From assembly GCF_006345805.1 (NCBI RefSeq), contig NC_043005.1, positions 57,536,001 to 57,600,000 of the forward strand: a DNA stretch of 64,000 nt, read 5' to 3'. Origin of the DNA: Octopus sinensis. Its lineage: Eukaryota. The position numbers and the translations under genes are program-made. The stretch's first letter is position 1. Each line of letters starts with the position of its first letter. The notes beneath the pieces were generated by a model. That model did not search any database. It saw nothing but the letters and a program-made list of their open reading frames with translations, and was not told where the DNA came from. Shown piece by piece: positions 14,089 to 27,233 of the stretch.

Positions 14089-14134
<46 letters not shown>

Positions 14135-14385
14135 GATATATATATACATACATATATGCGACACTGCTCACAGGGCTTTGGTCGGCCCGACGCTATAGTA
14201 GAAGACATTTGTACCACGCAGTGGGACTGAACCCGGAGCCAAATGGTTGGGAAGCAAGCTTCTTACCACACAGCCACACCAAGTGATGCTTAGTAGGGTC
14301 GAACTGGAAACTGAGTTATAACGAAGGGAGCTTCTTTACCATACAACCATCCCTGCATCCATGGGATTCAACGAGGCGGAGTTAA
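14087..14385 (+). repeat. Direct repeat B: (TA)n + SINE-A fragment + unique tail
   Basis: Matches 21342-21659 through ..GAGGCGGAGTTAA with about 4 differences outside the TA tract. Confidence 0.95.
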
Positions 14386-14486
14386 GCAGTTTAATGTATT
14401 ATCCGGACATACATACATACATGCACACACGTGTGTGTGTATATGTGGATGTATATATATACATATATATATATATAATATATATA

Positions 14487-14531
<45 letters not shown>

Positions 14532-14565
14532 ATACAAACACACATATATATTCATATATATACAC

Positions 14566-14616
<51 letters not shown>

Positions 14617-17600
14617 TATATATAAATCCTTAAATCCTTAAAAATGTTCAGCCCGAAGGCTGCGGCCATGCTGGGGCACCACCGCTGTATACATGCATAT
14701 ATACATAAACATACACATATACATATATATATATACATATATATATGCATACATATATATACATATACATATATATATACATATACGTATATATACATAT
14801 ACATATATACATATATATATACATATATATACATATACGTATACATATAAATACATATATATACACATATACATATGCATATACATATATATACATATAC
14901 ATATACATATATGAATACGTTTGTATTTACATATACATACATATATTCACTGGAAGTGATCTTTATGTATGACTAATATATTTTAACAGCCAAGGGAAAT
15001 AACCCAATCATTTTCCTATATTATTTAGTATAAATGAAATTGAGTACGCTTATTTCTTAGTATTTGAACTGTTAGAGTTAGTCTCGCAATTTATCCAGTA
15101 CAACCCTTAAACAAGTAAATAGAATTTTCCTAAACAATAGACCCACTTATTTCGCTTAGTGACATATTCACTAATATACCATGAATGACGATACCTTCCA
15201 TGTCACTTCAGCCAATTGACAAGCGCTGCATGAAGAACTGTTCTACTTTCAGACAAATGCACTGCCAACAGAAAGGTCACACCCTGTTTACATGCAGGAA
15301 CACCTTAAAATCTATCTGTACATCTTGAAAATGGCCAGCGTGTATATTTCACAGAAGACAATGCTCGAAACGTAGTTCTGAATCCATGAGAAACCACTTT
15401 GACAGATTTCTTCAAATTATGCCAATGTGATCTGTTTGCCCGAACACTGATGTATGTAGAGGTTCCCGTGTATTACACCTGGGCTCACAAAAGATGAAAC
15501 AGACGCAAGCAAGGAGCACGCATTGAGGGCTGGGAAGAACATGCTGTCTTCAGAAGTGGAGCCACCGGGCGGGTGTACACTGTGCACCCTAATCAGCAGG
15601 TGTGCTTCTTTCTGCATCTACTGCTACAGACTGTCAGAGGTCCTGCATCATTGACAGTCTTTCGAAGACACAATAGGAAGTCTACATGACCTATGGAGAA
15701 GCCTGCACCAAACATGGACTACTGGAGAATGATTATCACCCGAACCAGACACTGGAGGAGGCAGCAATCAGCACAACAATCAGCACAACAATCAGCACAC
15801 CTCCTCTGGGTTTTGTTCCGATTGCAAGTTCTCCGTAGAGCATGATCTTTGGGAGACGAGAGGGCTCCATACACTGGACGTGACCCCCGCCCTCCAACAG
15901 AGATGATGGCATAGAATGGTGACTTCGACATTTGGTAGTGAGGTGCGGCGAAGAACCTCGTTGTTGGCTTTGTGATCTTCCCATTGTATGTTGAGGATCT
16001 GTCGTAGCTTCGATTGCTGGAAGCATTCAAGGCACTTGAAGTCACGGCGGTACAACGTCCAAGTCTCACAAGCGTAGAGTTGACAGGACAATGACTCAGA
16101 AAACCATGATCTTTGTCCGGATGGTCAGCGCGTGATTGAAGAATACACGTTGGCAGTGTCTGCCGAAGAGGAGTGGGTCGCTCCAATCCGGTTCTTCATG
16201 TCTTTTTCACACGTGGAGGGGGGGAGGTCTTCGAAAGGATACTTCTAAGGTATGTGAAGTGTTCAACTTTTTCTAGGAGTTGGCCGTTGATTCTAATGCT
16301 TGTGGGTGGTCTGGTGCAGGTTGGATCAGTGTCTTGGTCTTTAATGTGTTTACCTGCTTCCCTAAGCGTTCGTATGCCGCGTTGTAAAGATCGACCGTCC
16401 TTTGTAGGCCATCTGCAGACCGGCTCGGAGTGGCATTGTCGTCGGCACACTGTACCTCACAGATTGAGATAGCGGAGGTCATTGTCTTTGCACGGAGGCG
16501 TGCGAGACTGAAGAGTCCGGCATCCAAGCAATAGTGCATGTTGATGATGGAAGACGAGTCTAGTGGGATTTCGTTGAACATGGCGGCCATGTACAAAGAG
16601 AAATAAGTTGGTGCCAGGACGCAACCTTGTTTAAAATCCCCAGTGATGGGAAACGGGTCTGTGAGGGCACTTTGATGGTATACCCTACCCACCATGACGT
16701 CGTGGAGGGAGCGACTTCATGGAGAGCGACCATCTAAGATTTGCCGCCAATGTGTAGTCACGGACTAGAGGCTTCCAGCTTTCCGGACCTGCCTCCGGTA
16801 CCCACGATGCCATCGACATTGTGCTTTTCGAGACAAATTAGAAAGCCGAAGCCATTCGCTGAGTAACTTATTCGAGGTGATCGTGGCTGCGCGACGGCCA
16901 CGCGCACGCACTTGGCCAGGTACTTCTCCCCTGCGGCTCAAGAATTGAGACGTGCAGTCTTGACGAGGCTTGTTGCAGCGAGCTGCTGGAGTCTATCCGT
17001 TTTTGTCACGTCTGGCCGCCAGGCGTTGCCCTCTTCCACCGGAGTCAATCCTTGGGGGCTTGTGATAGCCCTCCTCTGCTTGCTCCGCCGTTGGGATCTT
17101 GGTGTTGGTGTTTTGTCATGTTTAGTCTGGGACCTCATCCTTAACCTTGCCGCCATGGGTGGCCCTACCAGGAGTCTAAGACTCCAGACGGTATCGCTCT
17201 CAGAATCATTGGAACACACAAACTCTTCCACCACGACAAGGGACGACCAACAGAACAGTAGTTCTTATATTCAGCAGGTCAAGCGAGTATGCTGAGATCC
17301 GTGTTTGGCTCGTTGCTGGTTGGTCATCATTGTTAATTTGTTGTTGCTGTTTCAAAAGGTAATTAACACACTACCGTTATGACAAGCCTCCTATTGGTCA
17401 CACAGCCCTATTACCGCCACCGCCATCACCACCGCCAACACCGTCACCATCGCCGCCATCGCCGCCGCTACCATCACCACACCTCCAACCTCTTTAAACC
17501 TTACTCTTATTACATCACTATTCTGCTTGAAGTAAATACTCCAGGCACTTGACTCTAATATAGAAAGAAGTGAAAGACAATGAAGAGAGGACGGCCGTAC

Positions 17601-17643
17601 GTAGTAAATAACAATAAGTATACGTTTGGAAGATGAAAGCAGT
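14386..17643 (+). repeat. Segmental duplication, copy A' (contains duplicated Helitron 15312-15739 and RTE 15741-17310)
   Basis: Near-identical to 5661-8892; starts abruptly after repeat B and ends at the 5' end of the Penelope. Confidence 0.97.
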
Positions 17644-19275
17644 ATTTCCCCTATCTTACTCAACAAATCACTAATATTTGCCATGAATCGCTCCCTCATA
17701 TCTAGAGAAGAAATCAATATTGTGCTACTAGCTAGGAAGACATTTATAGAATTTGAAGATAAATTATGGACTAGAGCAGATACACCTAATTTTTTTGATA
17801 TACCAATGGGTTCCAGTGATTCGGCTGAGGTAACCAACCTAGTGGGCGCATATCTATTAAAATGCATAAGCAAGGATATACCAGAAATACAGGGGGGTCT
17901 ATATAGGGATGATGCTCTGTTTGTTATCCCTAGTAATAATAAATCTGTTATAGAAAGGATTAGAAAGAAAATTAATAAGTTCTTTAAGGATTTCAACCTC
18001 AGTATAACGTATGAACCGGGCACTAAAATAGTTAACTTCCTAGATATTACGCTAGACCTTAACTCCAAGCTACATTACCCATTTAGAAAGGAAGGCGAAA
18101 TCACGAATTACGTAAATAAATTATCAAATCATCCCCCAAATATAATAGAATCTTTAGTAAGAAATATTTCATTAAGAATTTCAAAATTATCATCCAATAA
18201 GGATATATTTAACTCCCATTCTGAGCATTATAATGAGGCGTTAACTAAGGCTGGATACAACCAAAAGATTACATTCGTTGATAAGGGGAACTCACGTATT
18301 CCTAATAATGAAGTTATCAGTAATCACGTAAGCAGCAATACAGACCAAGCCCGAAATAAAAGTAGAATTAAATTAATGGTAAACGCTAATCTAGCGTACA
18401 GGCCCAACAATTCAAATAGAAGCATTGACCAGAACATAGGTAACTCGGATAATATTGAAGTAGATAAACCTAAGATGCACACAAATAAAAATAAAAATAA
18501 TGGTAATAAATACAATAACTCCGGTGAGATGAATAGTAGTAATTCTACGAACCCTAAATTTAATAAAAAAGATATATTATGGCTGAATATCCCTTTCAAC
18601 TGTGCGATACAATCGGATATACAGAACAAATTCAAAGTAATTCTGGAAAAAAATTTCCCTATCTCTCATAGATATCATAGAATTATATCTAGGAAAACAG
18701 TTAGGATTTCTTATTCAACCCTCCCAAATATGTCCACTTTAATAGCTAAGATTAATAATAAAAACATTAAACTAGCCAGGAAAGATAGAAATAAAAATAA
18801 TAATATCAGCATGAATACCAATAGCAATTATAATAATACTACCAACAATAAAAACAACAATAGTAACTATCAAAACATAGGTGAAATTAGTAACCACAGA
18901 ATGACTAATAACATTAACATTAATAGTAATAATAACAATGCCGATATTAATAGAAGTAATAATGTTAATAATAGAAATAATAGATATAAGGCTAATGGAG
19001 AAAATAAGGAGAATGAAAATATCAGTGATATTTATAACAGCAATATGCAGTCGGATAAAAAGACTAACAATAATAGTAACATTACCAATAATATAAGAAA
19101 TCATGGTAGGACTTTAAACCTAAATGATGAAGCTGAAGGATCAATAAATAATAGCAATACTTTAGATATCAGCACCAACTATAGAAATGATAATCAAAAT
19201 AATAGGAACCTAAGACATCTACCAAGAATAATCCAAAGCCTGAAGTTGCTCCTCCTGTGTGTAAGTGTAGAATAA
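17641..19275 (+). CDS. Penelope-like reverse transcriptase (N-truncated) with two Asn-rich linkers
   Basis: SISPILLNKSL, FDIPMGSSDSAEV..VG, GLYRDD, VNFLDITLDL, SNHPP, WLNIPF and VRISYS; open for more than 540 codons. Confidence 0.9.
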   Translation, partial: SISPILLNKSLIFAMNRSLISREEINIVLLARKTFIEFEDKLWTRADTPNFFDIPMGSSDSAEVTNLVGAYLLKCISKDIPEIQGGLYRDDALFVIPSNNKSVIERIRKKINKFFKDFNLSITYEPGTKIVNFLDITLDLNSKLHYPFRKEGEITNYVNKLSNHPPNIIESLVRNISLRISKLSSNKDIFNSHSEHYNEALTKAGYNQKITFVDKGNSRIPNNEVISNHVSSNTDQARNKSRIKLMVNANLAYRPNNSNRSIDQNIGNSDNIEVDKPKMHTNKNKNNGNKYNNSGEMNSSNSTNPKFNKKDILWLNIPFNCAIQSDIQNKFKVILEKNFPISHRYHRIISRKTVRISYSTLPNMSTLIAKINNKNIKLARKDRNKNNNISMNTNSNYNNTTNNKNNNSNYQNIGEISNHRMTNNININSNNNNADINRSNNVNNRNNRYKANGENKENENISDIYNSNMQSDKKTNNNSNITNNIRNHGRTLNLNDEAEGSINNSNTLDISTNYRNDNQNNRNLRHLPRIIQSLKLLLLCVSVE

Positions 19276-19682
19276 AATCAAAATGCCCGGCACCTGGTCT
19301 ATGTGGGGAAAATAATGTAATCTATAAATGTACCATATCCACGGAGAATAACAAATATCTTTACGTTGGATGTACAATTAATTTTCTAGCCAGAGTTAGA
19401 AATCACATCTCGTCTTTTAAATTACGTCATAAAGCTGGTACCACCACACTTTCAAACAAAATCTGGGAACTCAAAAATAATAATAAAAATTATAACCTTA
19501 ATTGGGAAATAGTTAGGAGAGCAATTCCGTATAAAAATAGTAGGGTTGGTTGCCAACTATGCTCCATGGAGACGTATGAAATTCTAAAGCATAGAAAACA
19601 TAGAAACTTATTGAATAACCATATCGAACTAGGTCAAGTTTGTGTCCACGCTAAATTGAAGACTTTAAAATATTTTAAATGA
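19206..19682 (+). CDS. Penelope GIY-YIG endonuclease domain, one frameshift from the RT frame
   Basis: CKCRIKSKCPAPGLC knuckle, VIY..YVG, RVRNH, CQLCSMETYEI, LLN..CVH. Confidence 0.9.
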   Translation, partial: EPKTSTKNNPKPEVAPPVCKCRIKSKCPAPGLCGENNVIYKCTISTENNKYLYVGCTINFLARVRNHISSFKLRHKAGTTTLSNKIWELKNNNKNYNLNWEIVRRAIPYKNSRVGCQLCSMETYEILKHRKHRNLLNNHIELGQVCVHAKLKTLKYFK

Positions 19683-20662
19683 TTAGAATATCCGTAACTA
19701 GATAGATAGATATAACTTGATTTCTACTAGTATAGCACTGCTTTAAGTAGATAACTAAGAGTTCTCACACTACAGTTATCTTTTTCCTTATATCTGCATC
19801 AGTTTTTTGAGAACAGGGAAATGAATAGTACTTATACGCTGCTTAATTGAGGCTTTATTTAATTTCAAACTCATAATTTTTAAATTCTTAATTTTAAATC
19901 TTAATTGTAATTTTTAATTTTAATTCCTAACTTAATCTAATTTAAGTAGCATAACTCTAATAAAATAAAATGAGATACTATAGCCCCATAATTCTATTTC
20001 AAAATTAAATAAATAAGGCTACCCCCTCGGTGATAATATGATTATCTTCATTATGATAGACAATCCCCTAACACCTTGTAAATGATCTTCTAAGATTTGA
20101 CCTGTAGTCCGTCAATGTATGAATAATAACGGCAACTCCTTAAGACAATAAAATGAATAAATTAAATAAGTAAGTTTTATTGACTTTTTGATAAGATTAT
20201 ACTTAGATTTTCCTAATGTATTTTCTTTTGATTTTAGCATCTGACCCCTAAACCCCTGACTGTGTTATCTCTTTAGATTCTCTTTAAATTCATAGCTGAT
20301 TTCAACAGCAATAAATTAGCTGTTTTACTGGCCAAAGAATAATATTCTCCTCTAGTTCCTAGATGCCTGTAAATTAAAACCAGACTTGCCGTCTACTAAT
20401 TCTTCTGTATAACTAGAACCCTCTTTTTTATTTTTATTTTTTCCCTTCTTTCCCTATTTCTTTCTCTTTTCTCTTTTTTCTGTTTCTTCTTCTTATTCTC
20501 TTTTTCCTTTTCTCTTCTCTTTTAGTCCCCTTCCCCCCCTTTTTTGCTCCCTCCTCTTTTCTTCTATTCCCTTCCCTTTCTATTCTTGGCCTCTCTAGAA
20601 AGCCCTTCAGCCTTTAAAAGTTAGCAGTAATGTGATTAATGTGGCAAATACCTAATCATATA

Positions 20663-20960
20663 ACAAGAATTGATACCTACCTCATTGTGTTCAACCATTG
20701 ATAAATTTATCGCCTGTGAATATGAAATTCCTCTTCATTTCTCTGGAAACTTACATCTACACCATTGGAAATTGTGCATCTATACAAAGGATTAATTCAC
20801 CCTCTCTGTAATGCTAATAAGCAGGAATTGAGACCCACCTCGTTGTGATTAACAATGGATAAATTTGTCTTCTGTGAGTATGTAATCCCTCATCATATCT
20901 CTGGAAATTCATATGTGCTCTATGGATTAGGTCACCTTCTCTGTGATGCTATTAGAACTT
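20663..20960 (+). repeat. Degenerate two-copy tandem repeat (about 130-160 bp) in the PLE 3' UTR
   Basis: GAATTGA.ACC.ACCTC.TTGTG..GATAAATTT..TCTCTGGAAA..TCACC.TCTCTGT.ATGCTA occurs twice. Confidence 0.7.
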
Positions 20961-21101
20961 TTTTAAAATTCTGTGATAAGACTGTACATCATCTTTAAAG
21001 AACTTTAATGAACTTTGGAAATCCGTTTATGTTACTTAATTATCTACATTACTTCATGAGTATAGCCTCAACCACTAGGATGTCTAGAGAACTCACATGT
21101 A

Positions 21102-21192
21102 TTTTAGCTGATGAGTACGGGACACATTTATATGCTGTAATTTTTACAACTTTTAATAAAGCCTGTCCTTGTATGAAACGATTGTACTAAAA
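21102..21192 (+). ncRNA. Type I hammerhead ribozyme (predicted cleavage GUA after 21186)
   Basis: Stem I TTTTAG/CTAAAA; core CTGATGA 21108-21114; stem II GTACGGGACA/TGTCCTTGTAT; GAAA; stem III AC-GATT-GT (self-complementary with G.U pairs). Confidence 0.82.
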
Positions 21193-21341
21193 ACCTATCC
21201 ATTCTTGTTGCTTCTTTCTCGCTTATAATCACCCCACATTACTGTATTGTTAAAACAGTATAGTTTTTTTTGGTGCATCTAAGTTAGGTACCATATTCAA
21301 GTAAATTCATTTAAATTAACTTGAATCTTTATTGCTTTTTG

Positions 21342-21342
21342 A

Positions 21343-21389
<47 letters not shown>

Positions 21390-21659
21390 TATATATATAT
21401 AGATATATATATATATATATACATACATATATGCGACACTGCTCACAGGGCTTTGGTCGGCCCGACGCTATAGTAGAAGACACTTGTACCACGCAGTGGG
21501 ACTGAACCCGGAGCCAAATGGTTGGAAGCAAGCTTCTTACCACACAGCCACACCAAGTGATGCTTAGTAGGGTCGAACTGGAAACTGAGTTATAACGAAG
21601 GGAGCTTCTTTACCATACAACTATTCCTGCATCCATGGGATTCAACGAGGCGGAGTTAA
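21342..21659 (+). repeat. Direct repeat B'
   Basis: Copy of 14087-14385. Confidence 0.95.
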
Positions 21660-21809
21660 AACAGAACTACTCGAACAGGGCTGACCCGGGAATTATATAA
21701 AATAAAAGATACAAACCAAAAACAAAAGAAACAGCAAAAGCGAACGTTAAAGCACAAGGTGTTCGTCATGAGGATTGCTACAAATGTTTAACTGAAGGTG
21801 TGTGCGTGC

Positions 21810-21859
<50 letters not shown>

Positions 21860-21938
21860 ATGTGTGCGTGTGTATATATATGTGTGTGTGTGTGGTGTGT
21901 GTGTGTGTGTGTGTGTGGTGTGTGTGTGTGTGCGTGTG

Positions 21939-21977
<39 letters not shown>

Positions 21978-22304
21978 GTATATATGTGTGTGTGTGTGTG
22001 TGTATAGGTTGTGTTTGGGTAGAGATATTTAAAGTTTATGAATTCTGTGTTTCTACACGCATAGTTTGTAATTGCTTTTATATTGTTGACAAGCACTTTG
22101 TTGACTAGAATCTTGAATATGTGCATACAATCACTCACACGTACACACACACACACATACATACGCAGGCACACACACAAAATACAAACACACACATTCA
22201 CTCTTTCATATAATCACATGCACTCATATTAATAGACGCCCACATAAAAACATCTCTGTCTATCGGTAGGTCGGTCTTTCTGGACATGTATATATGTGTG
22301 CTTG

Positions 22305-22381
<77 letters not shown>

Positions 22382-22512
22382 CATGTCTATCTATCTATCT
22401 ATCTATCTTTCTATCTGTGTTTATTACATTATTACAAAAGAAATACAAATACTCGCTCTTATGTCCCCACCACATATACATACATACATACGTATGAATA
22501 CACGAATATATT

Positions 22513-22600
<88 letters not shown>

Positions 22601-24144
22601 AATATACACATTCGCACATACCTTCAATACACACTTACCTTCCTTCTCACACAAGCACACCATAGGCATGTGCGTGCACATAGTCCCTCACGTAATTCAC
22701 ATCGTAAGAGGAAATATAAAACAACGGTATTACGCCTATAAACATGTCAGTGTGGTTTATTAAACTTATATGACGTCTTTGGAGGAAGGCAATGAGATAT
22801 AAAGATTAAGAACTCTGCGTGCTGAGCCTGCCAACGCGATTTCGATTTGCGGCTTATGCGCTAGAAGACCGGTTAAGATGTAAGTTTGTACGCTGTTCGG
22901 AAAGAGAAAAGAGTGAAAGGTAAAGGAAACCACTGGGAAAAATCATTTAAATACTATGAACAGTTAACGTAATTAAACAAAAAAATATTTCAAATCAGTT
23001 ACTAACTAATATTTTCAACCAATTACTATAAGCACATAACTTATACACAATTTATATGTGACAAGGTCTTCGGCTGTCGCTATGTTGTCGGTAAAAATAT
23101 TTGTTTATCATGCACGTACCTTCTTTTAACAGTGTATTGTTATATAATGAATTTAATAATAGACTGTTATATAGTGAAAGTCTCGTTAGTTACTATGGTG
23201 ACAACACTACCTATATGCCTATCTTTCGCACACACACATACACGCGCACGAACACACACAGAGTCATGCCTGTGTGGGAAGAAGCTTGCTTCCCAACTAC
23301 ATGGTTCCGGATTCAAGCCTACTGCATGGCACTTGTCCTCAATGCAATGTAAGATCACTTGTCTACAATGCAATATAAGGTACTTCCAATCCGTTCATGT
23401 CACGTATTCCCAATAAATGACTGAGTTCAATTTGTTGTTTCGTTATCCTTTATGTTTTACTTGTTTATTATTGATTGCGGCGATGCTGGAGCACCGTCTC
23501 GAAGAATATTTAATCGAACGAATTGACCCCACTATTTATTTTTTAAAAAAGTCTGGTACTTATTCAATCGATTCCTTGTACCGAACCGCTAAGTTACAGG
23601 GACGTAAACACACCAACACTGATTGTCAAACGTTGGTGAAGCACAAATACAGCCATAGAGACACACACACATATAGATACACACACGCACACACACATAC
23701 ACACACATACACACACATGTAAGTCAATGCAACACAGCACAGACTAAAAAAAGACTTTCACTATATAGATAGTCTTTTTGTGTGAGTGCGTCCGTGTGTT
23801 TCACCATAGAGATAACACAGCTCAAAATTTAACGAAGAATTTCGCTATAATGAGAGATTGTTGTTGTTGAGAGAAAAATTCAGTGAGAATGAGAGAGAGA
23901 CAGAAAGAAAGAAGGAGAGAGAGTGAGAGTGAGAGAGAGAGAGTGAAAGATAGAGTCAAAATCTGTTTCAAGAAAAATAAGAGGTTGTTGTTGAGAAAGA
24001 AATACAGTGACACAGAGAGATAGAGAGAAGGAGAAAGAGAGGGAGAGAGATGGAGACAGAGAGAGTGTGAAATATAGAATCAAAATTTGCTTCAAGAAAA
24101 GTAAGAGGCTGTCGTTGTTGAGAGAGAAATACAGAAAGATAGAT

Positions 24145-24215
<71 letters not shown>

Positions 24216-24360
24216 AATGTGTTTGTATGATTGTGTATAGAGGGATATATATTATTCAAAGAAATTCCAACTCTGTTTTTTATGTTTTATTTATATTCTT
24301 TATAATATTAATGTAAAATATAGAATATATAGTATAAATAATATATATATATATAGTATA

Positions 24361-24396
<36 letters not shown>

Positions 24397-24519
24397 AAAT
24401 GAAATGAAGTATTGATTGAATAGATGAAGTATTGAATATAAAATATTAAGGGACTAGTATACTTTCTTGCATTATAGCAATCTTCAAGGTCCCAGGTTGG
24501 AATTTCTTTGAATAATCTA

Positions 24520-24566
<47 letters not shown>

Positions 24567-24580
24567 TATAAAGAGAGAGA

Positions 24581-24628
<48 letters not shown>

Positions 24629-24689
24629 GTGAGTGAGTGAAAGACAGGTAGTTTAAGTCAGGTAGAGAGGAGATGAAAGACGATGAAAG

Positions 24690-25170
24690 GTATGGAAGCG
24701 TGAGGATGGTCAGAACATCGGAGCTGGTTGAGAAGATTCACAATTATCTGGTTGAAGACTGCCGTGTCTCTGTAAGAACAAAAAATGTTCAGCTTGTTGT
24801 TGGTGTGGCAACTACAGAAAATTATTCATGAAGATTTGAAACGCACAAATATGTGTAAAGTTTGTTATCGGGGCGTCCCTGGTAACCAACTTTCAAAGCA
24901 GTACCTCGTTCCCTCTACAGTCCAGACTTTGATGTTTGTGACATTTGGTTGTTTCTCAAGCTGGAGGAGCATCTCAGGGGATAGTCGTTTTTGAAGACGA
25001 AGGAGGCTGTGACAAGGGTCCCAGATACTTCCACTTTGGAGGACTTCCATGCGGGCTTCCACGAATTGACTGGAGCGCAGCAATCGCATTGAAGTCGGGA
25101 GATCCTCCGTTGAAATTAATAAATGTCTCTCCCACAAAAATCTAAAAACTTCTAGAATGCACCTTGAACA
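24690..25170 (+). mobile_element. Internally deleted mariner transposase remnant
   Basis: ELVEKIHNYLVEDCRVSV..QKIIHEDL..KVCYRGVP, then YSPDFDVCDIWLFLKLEEHLRG..KEAVT; TIR-like AACTTCTAGAATGCACCT. Confidence 0.8.
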
Positions 25171-25272
25171 TTCCGGATATGAGTGAAACTTGAGCAGCTG
25201 TTTTGTTGTGTACTTGTCTTAGTTAACCTCGGGACAAATGACAGACGTGAGAAATACGAAACTCAGAAACAC

Positions 25273-25684
25273 ACTAGCTTTGATTTCTCACAACAACATA
25301 CGAAAGCAAAAAGACAAACATAAATACATGCATACGCACACACATACATATATGCAAACTCATACACACACACACATACGCACAGATACATAAAATGTGT
25401 ATATGCGTGTGTATGTGTCTAAATATATAGATACATATATAAACATGTGCGTGCGTGCGTGTGTGATGTGTATCTATGCATATATTTATACGTGCAACAA
25501 ATACATAAAAATAAATGTACATGCAATCACACACACACACACACACACACACAGATACACACACACACACACAGATACACACACACACAGATATACACAC
25601 ACACACACACAGATACGCACACACATTGCATATTTATATTTGACTTTTTGCTTTAATATGTAGTTGTGAGAAATCAAAGCTAGT
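25273..25684. repeat. About 60-bp inverted arms flanking a CA/TA microsatellite core (MITE-like)
   Basis: ACTAGCTTTGATTTCTCACAAC.ACATA..AAAGCAAAAAG pairs with CTTTTTGCTTT..TATGTAGTTGTGAGAAATCAAAGCTAGT. Confidence 0.75.
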
Positions 25685-25967
25685 AGCAACACACACACAC
25701 ACACACACACGCACACACATACACATCTGTTTGCGGCTGTCGCCATTACCTTTGATCTCTCACAGTTGTCTTAAAACGAAAGCAAATATACTCACACCCA
25801 AATAATCATGAAAATGTGTGCCATTGTTCAGTTTTATTTCAAGATTTCTTGCCAACAGAGAAAGAGTCGGTTTCTAACCTAGATTCAAGGCTCCTTCATT
25901 GGAATTTCAACATCAACAACAGAGTATTTTTGTCTATACTATCTATCTATCTATCTATCTATCTATC

Positions 25968-26071
<104 letters not shown>

Positions 26072-26353
26072 CTATTTGTATTGTATGCAAATATTTATGC
26101 ACGTATGTATATATGTTTGAGTGTGTACACAAACACACCCATGCACACACATCCATGCACGCACGCACACACACACACATACACACACACATAAACGTAC
26201 GCATAGACAACAACTTTTCCTCACTATATATTTTTAAAATACAGTTGCTCGGGCAAAAATATAAAAACAAAAAAAGCAAACCTAAATCAAACAAGAAAAG
26301 TCATGTTTTAATTCTCTTTCTCACATACACTCTCTCTGTTCATCTATATACAT

Positions 26354-26414
<61 letters not shown>

Positions 26415-26456
26415 ATATATATATAGATATATATATATATATTATGTGTGTGTGTG

Positions 26457-26489
<33 letters not shown>

Positions 26490-26684
26490 AATAAAGAATA
26501 ACTTTTAATCAATTCAATAATGAAAAATTAAATTATACCATCTAGAAAAATTAGAAAAATTTTTCTAATATGTATATGTATTTATATTATATTTTGGGAA
26601 ATTTGATTTAGTATTTCTAAATTGAATTTTTCCCTGTAAGTTTGGAATAATACTACCTCATATTATATATATATATATATATTA

Positions 26685-26724
<40 letters not shown>

Positions 26725-27007
26725 AAGTAGTTAAGTCTATGTCCAGTCATAGAATGACAACGGTTTCGTATCCACAAAGGCTTCTCCTCGTGAACGTCTC
26801 CTCAGACTCTATAAAGCCGGACATAGAATTTCTGACTCGAGTCAAACCTTAAAGTCATGCTTTCAATTCTCTTTCTCTCATACACTCTCTCTTTTCATAC
26901 GCATGTATGTATGTATTCACAATTTAGGTTATTTGAAATATGTTTGTCACATATTTCAACTAACCTAAATCGTGATTATACGTAAACACTGCTTAGTGCC
27001 ATTACTC

Positions 27008-27067
<60 letters not shown>

Positions 27068-27233
27068 TATATTATATATATATATATATATATCTATATA
27101 TATATTGCCTGTCATAGAGTGATCAATGGTTTTGCGTCCACAAAGGGCTTCGCCTCGGGAACGTCCTCTCGTACCCTAAAGCCGGACAGAGGCTTAACTA
27201 CTTATAAATACATTACTGTACTATGTTTTAGAG

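Larger units (their letters stand above)
17641..21341 (+). mobile_element. 5'-truncated Penelope-like element (RT + GIY-YIG) with about 1.65-kb 3' UTR and hammerhead, ending at (TA)n
   Basis: PLE RT motifs, Cys knuckle plus GIY-YIG, HHR at 21102-21192, 3' junction into (TA)n at 21342. Confidence 0.92.

Noticed and set aside
17626-17640. Predicted start MEDES of the 549-aa ORF
   Set aside because: These codons come from duplicated flank A'; PLE homology starts at about 17641
17391-19104. Antisense ORFs 17391-18068, 18324-18635 and 18772-19104
   Set aside because: Shadows of the PLE sense ORF with no recognisable domain
26922-26970. 22-bp hairpin as a pre-miRNA
   Set aside because: Only 49 nt, AT-rich and without flanking stem; more likely a MITE remnant
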